DNA from: Chrysomallon squamiferum
Taxonomy: Eukaryota > Animalia > Mollusca
DNA length: 64,000 nucleotides
Reading direction: 5' to 3'
Assembly: GCA_012295275.1 (NCBI GenBank)
Contig: CM022675.1
Location: 4,898,001-4,962,000 of the forward strand
The position numbers and the translations under genes were made by a program. Below the pieces are notes generated by a model. That model made no database searches and was not told the origin of the DNA. It worked only from the letters and a program-made list of their open reading frames with translations. Of this stretch, positions 58,346 to 64,000 are shown one piece after another; the stretch's first letter is position 1, and the number at the start of each line of letters is the position of its first letter.

Positions 58346-59574
58346 TGTGTGTGTGAGGTTTTCTCTGTAAAATGTTTACAAACTTTACAGAAATTTTTCA
58401 TGAAGGTTTTCTATTTTCGGGTGACAAAACCTTTTTATACTGGACAGAGAAATAATTTTTGTTTTGTCGAGGCTGTTTATATGAAGAAAGCTCGTAGACA
58501 AAACCTCGTGAACGTAACAAGTAGTGTATGAACGATGTTAGTGATACAGGTTCACAAAACCATAACAAAATGACCGCTATGCCAAAGTACTTCCAACTGA
58601 GATCAAACCTTTTTCTTCAGAAAGTAACACTCGTGCAATAAACACAAAGATAAGACTTCAGATTTTCCATTTATCCATTTTCTTAATTCAAATTGGACTT
58701 GAAACAGAGAATATGTCAAACGTTGGAAAGACAAAATATATAGATACGCCGAATGATCAGTTGTAATAATAACAAGGTTCACTGTATCACAATAAAGTTA
58801 GGTTAATAGTAAAACTGTAAGTATAAAACAGACTTCGAGTACGAAACAGAAAATGCAAAATGTATATGAAGGATTATTAAAATAAAATATTAAAATATCA
58901 TTAGTTGATTATATAGATTCACTATATAATATAATATAAAGTAATGTAATACAAACATATATTTTTTCTCATACATTTCACTATATATAAATATATAATA
59001 AAACGTGCAGAAACAGACACACACACACACACACATGCATACATACATACACATGCATAAATATACATACATACATACACATACATAAATACAAATATAG
59101 TCTTCATGTACAATAATATTTATAATAAGTTTGTGCATGACGTAAAGTTGGCTACATCTACTGGAAAACTGTAACACATCACAATCTCGAATGTAGGATT
59201 TCGAAATTTCGAATAACGTTAAACTGTTATAAGAATAATAATAATAAAAATAAAATCAGCTACCGAGGATTCCTTTAAGAGACAAATTTTACAAAATGGC
59301 CGCTGTTCCAAAGTACTTTCCGTTGAAATTCAAACTTTTTCTTCACACTACAAAGTAACACTCGTGCAATATACACAAAGATAAGACTTCAGATCTTCCA
59401 TTTATCCATTTTTTTTATTCAAATAATATTTGAAACAGAAAATAAATTAATCATTCGAAAGTCAAAATATATATTAATACACCGGATGATCCATTTGAAT
59501 AGTAGTGAGGTTTACTGTATCACAATAAAGTTAGATTAATAGTAAAAATGTTAGTATAAAACAGACTTCGAGTA

Positions 59575-59905
59575 TCATCCGCTTTTTCCTTTCAGCACTG
59601 TCCTTTGCACTCACGTTCTTAGGATCCATGGTCAGAAAAAAGAAATTTGTGAAAATTACACAAAAACACGACCATAACAGAACATATATGCTTCCGCGGC
59701 GAGGTAACCACGTGAAGAAAACCAGTCAGACGCGGGATGCTGGGCTGATGTTGTGTTGTTCGTTGCGCCAACTAACGGCAGTGTATTTGAAACTCGGTCG
59801 TAACTCGGATTTGGGCTCGCCACTGAAAGCAAAAAATCGACCTTGGCGACTGCTCGTAACTTGAAAAACTCGTAAGTTAGGCACTCGTAAATCGAGGTAC
59901 CACTG
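59575..59905. mobile_element. Truncated pogo/Tigger-like MITE (one end only)
   Basis: A GC-richer insert interrupts the duplicated 3' block and ends cgaggtaccactg|TA, similar to the terminus at 4386-4398, with repeated ctcgtaa subterminal motifs. Confidence 0.55.
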
Positions 59906-60436
59906 TATATATACAATCATCCATAAACACATATAGACATATATACATGTGCAAAAATATACAGAGTGTCTTCAGGTATTCTTGTAATTTAAATAAATGT
60001 GTGCATGAAGTAAGGTTTGTGATTGCTTCATCTACTGGAAAACTATAACACATCACAAACTGGAATTTAGCATTTCTGAATTTTGAATAAACTTTTCCTT
60101 AACCTTTTATAATAATAATAAAAAAAAATGATAAACAAACAAAGCATAAATAAATAATAAAAATAACAAATGTTAACAATAGCAAAGTCAAAAATAAGAA
60201 ATAAGTTAAAAAATAAATCGCATGGAAGAAAAATGCATTTAGATGTAAGGATAAAATACAAATACAAAATAAAAGGTAAAAATAATAATAAAAATAATCA
60301 AACAATAAAAGTGGTGTTAGACATATTAACATCGTGTTTAAAACAACAACAACAACATCAAAATCAATAATAAAACAAATAATGAAATAACCAAAAAATG
60401 TATCAAAAATTAAAAAAAGGGTACGAACCACTGTTA

Positions 60437-60509
<73 letters not shown>

Positions 60510-60593
60510 TGTGGTATGAGACACTTAACATGGAACAATTTTTGGATCAAAATATCGATCGAGTTATTGCTGAGATTCTTTTCTGGGGTGTGG

Positions 60594-63500
60594 TTAATCG
60601 GAAGTAACAGCATCAGCGATGTCGTAGAGGTCGGTGTCAGCTTGGTTAAGATGGTTATACAGTTCTGATGTTGTTGTTGCTGTTGGAGGTTTTTTGTCCA
60701 TGGTGTCGTAGTCTTCAGAATCAACGAGGTGGTTGTAGACGTCAGATACAGTTGCAGTTGTCTTTTCTCTATTTGAGCTGTCGTAGTCGCTGTCATTGTC
60801 AACACCAAGCCGGTTGTAGACATCAGACGTATCAGTTTTCTTTTTCTTATCAAAGGTATCGTAGTCGCCGTCGTTGAGCCCAGCAAGGTTGTTGTAGATG
60901 TTAGATGTATGAGCTGTTGTATTTGTTGTGTCTGTGCTGTCGTAGTCTCCTTCATGACTGCTTGAGACGTGTTTGTCCACTTCAGATGTCGTAGTAGCTG
61001 CCGTGTTGATATCCGATGTGTCGTAGTCTCCATCGTTGTCGTCAGCAGTAGATCTGTTAATGGGAAATGTTTTAACGTCTGCGATGTCGTAGTAGTTATC
61101 ATTTCTGTTTTCCACGTTGACAGTCACTCCGTTTGGGACGTTGTAGTAAACACTGTGGTTTCCTTGTTTTTCTGATTCAAATTCATAATCTGCCGACGTC
61201 GATGTCGTTGTTACCTCATAACTCGGATTTGCGTGCCCAGGTTGTAAATCTTCAGCAGAGCTGATTTCATTGTTTGTTTTGTTAAAATTAATTCTTGATT
61301 CTGGTAACTTCTGAGTTTTGAAACAAAATCGACGTTTTCTGAAAAATGAAGATATTATTTAAATTTAAACGGTGAAATCCTAAGTTAGTTTATTATACGA
61401 GTTTCTGCCGTGACGACTCTGATAATTCAAAGGAAAAACTATTTTACATTTCAAATTAAACTAAAGATTAAGTGAGAAGAATAACAGTGAAATATGTAGA
61501 TTCTTTTATGTTTTTCTTTCATTCATGTCCTTTTCTTTTACTTTCTTTCTTTCCTTTGTATCTGACTTTATTATTTTTATTCATGTCTTTCTTGTTCTTT
61601 CATGCTTCCTTTCTTTCTCTTTGTTTTATTCTTTCGTATCCTTCTATCTTTCATTCTTATCTTTCTTTTTCCTTCTTCATGTTTTAATTTTATGTTAACT
61701 TTTCTAACAAACATGATAGAACACAATTGTTTTCTTTCTTTTATATTCATTCATTCTTTTTTTATGTTTTTTCTTTCATATTTCAGCCTATTTGCCTCCT
61801 ATTTTTCTGCTTCATGAATTTCATAATTGTATTCAGTGACTGATTTTAACAAATTCTCACCGTTTAGTCCAAACTACGACAACAATGACAACCAACACCA
61901 CTACAGCAACAGCGACACCACCACCAACATATGCTGAAAATAGTTACATAATAACACTGATTTTAATATAAGAACAATTATCTATGTAAATTTTTGTTTG
62001 TTTTGTTTTATTTTATTTTATTAATATTTTATTTTTTCTAAATTTCCTCTCTTGTTGTCGAAATATGTATATTATTAATTATGACACAAATATAACGATT
62101 TATTTTCCCCTTTTCACATAAATTATATACAACAAATTACAAAAAATATTAAAATAAAAGAAATCTGGAAAGTTAAAAAAGGAAGAAGAAAAAAAAAAAA
62201 GAATAATTAAAGGAATACAAAAATGAAAATATATTTAATTAATTGTAATAAGATTAGCAGAATAAATAAATAAGAATAAAAACTAAAAAACAATATATCT
62301 AGTAAATTAAATTTAGTGAAATCAAATCAGTTAAAATTATTAAAACAAAATAGTAAAATTAAAACTGACCTGACTTGTTTGATGGATGTTGAGTCTCAGC
62401 GGATTGTTTCCTTAGAGTTATCTCCCCTGATGTTGTTGGTTCAGAAGCAGAAGAAAAAGACGGATTCGAGAAAAGTTTGGAAGTTGCCAATTTTGGCGTA
62501 GTTGCTGCTGTTGTTTTCTGTGTCTGTTTCGCAGGTGTTGCCACCGATGTGGACGTTGTTACTGGTGTAGTTACATTATCTGTAAATACATAAAAGACTA
62601 TCTCAAGAAGACGTTTGTTGTTTTGTTTTTGTTTGTATGTCATCTTTTAACTTTATTATTATTATTATTACTAGTAGTAGTAGTAGTAGTTGTAGTAGTA
62701 GTAGTAATAATTTTAGTAGTAGTATTGGTTTTAGTAGTAGTAGTTATAGTAGCAGTAGTAGTTTAAATTATATATAGTTATTATTTCACAACACATACAT
62801 ACATATAAATATGTATGTACATACATACACACATACATGCCTATAATACATAATACTGTTTCATTTTACATAAAAAAGTACACACAAACATACAAATACA
62901 CAAGCACATAGCTAGAGATATAGATATTTGTAAATGGGTCGATTTTCTGTGATCATTTTTAACTAATAAACAAATCGACTTTTTAACAATAATAATTTTA
63001 ATTAATAAATAAATTGACTTTGTAGAGTTTGTTTTACCGTGTTGTTTTATACTTACATTTCTGACAAATAGCTGTATAGTTTTGGTCTGATTTGTAACTG
63101 TAATATAATCTATTATTTTTAGTAAACCAGACCATCATTTTAAGATCACCTTCTGAAACTGGTTTCTGAAACGATACCACGCTACCTGCAAGATTTAAAA
63201 CAAGTGTGTTAGAATTTTGTTTTACACAGAGGAAGAACTAACAACAGATACTGAATGTCTATTCTTTGTCGCTTTCAGCAGCAACACAAACATCTATTAA
63301 ATAAAGATTATCACAAACATGAAAAAAATAAATATAACAAACACACAAAGAATAAGACACATACTTCTACACAAACAAACACAACACATATTCACATTTC
63401 TGCCTATAATTTACCATCAATCCACAGCAGTCTGACATCTCTGTGGAGTCCAATCCAGTAGTAAAGATTTGTTTGTAGCAGATTCTGCAGTGATGAGACT

Positions 63501-63696
63501 GTACTGCTGCTTACTTTAAACATGTCAAAATGTCTGCTTGCATAGTTCCATGACATCATCCGCCACGAAACACAAGTTTTAGAATCACAGCTGATAAATG
63601 AGAAGAAAGATGAGTCATCTACAAACAGATAATGAAAATGATGTTGTAATGAAGGAAAATTTCATTTTATTTTATTTCTATATTACATTATTCCTC

Positions 63697-63753
<57 letters not shown>

Positions 63754-63961
63754 CATCATCATCATCATCATTATCAGATTATTTATTTATTTATTAGATA
63801 TTTGAACTATGTTAAAATAAAATGACCTGTGTACACTACGTATGCTTTGTAGCTGTCACAGTTTTGGAAACCAATTGTAAAACTGTCAGAATTGAGCTTG
63901 ACGTAGCCGCAGCGCTTGATTCCGTCAGCGCTGTCGTCGATTGTAACTGAAGACGGAAGAT
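60594..63961 (-). CDS. Paralog E, exons 5-10 (5' exons beyond the window); open frame; tail with 16 Tyr
   Basis: Exons 63827-63961, 63415-63618, 63057-63185, 62370-62579, 61861-61933 (TM AYVGGGVAVAVVVLVVIVVVVWTKR) and 60594-61338; GT-AG, same phases as C, no internal stop. Confidence 0.85.
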
Positions 63962-64000
63962 CTGTAATGAAGTAATTTATATATTGTTATAATTATCACT

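Overview
AT-rich, microsatellite-laden animal genomic DNA. It is probably an invertebrate such as a mollusc, but that is inference only. There are two 200-N scaffold gaps, at 25278-25477 and 50057-50256. The main content is a cluster of paralogous 10-exon genes, reconstructed by hand from GT-AG sites and reading frame. They encode type I membrane receptors: signal peptide, a C-type-lectin-like domain (CTLD) split by an inserted WSC-like module, a second degenerate CTLD, a Ser/Thr stalk, a TM helix, and a long acidic tail of repeated Tyr motifs. Copy C (+, 39899-44776, 646 aa) is intact. Copy E (-, 60594 to beyond 63961) is open in every exon visible but runs off the window. Copies A and D carry stops and frameshifts, and B, B' and F are fragments. 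The paralogs are exon-level mosaics and differ in tail length. A duplicated block of about 6-7 kb (7855-13900 vs 28200-35475, inverted as assembled) holds a compact TATA/CCAAT/CRE promoter-like cassette and a degenerate 40-bp repeat. That repeat expanded into an 11-kb satellite on one side only. All + strand copies lie in the gap-bounded middle contig, so the inverted arrangement may be a scaffolding artefact. Nearly all ORF-track entries are repeat artefacts.
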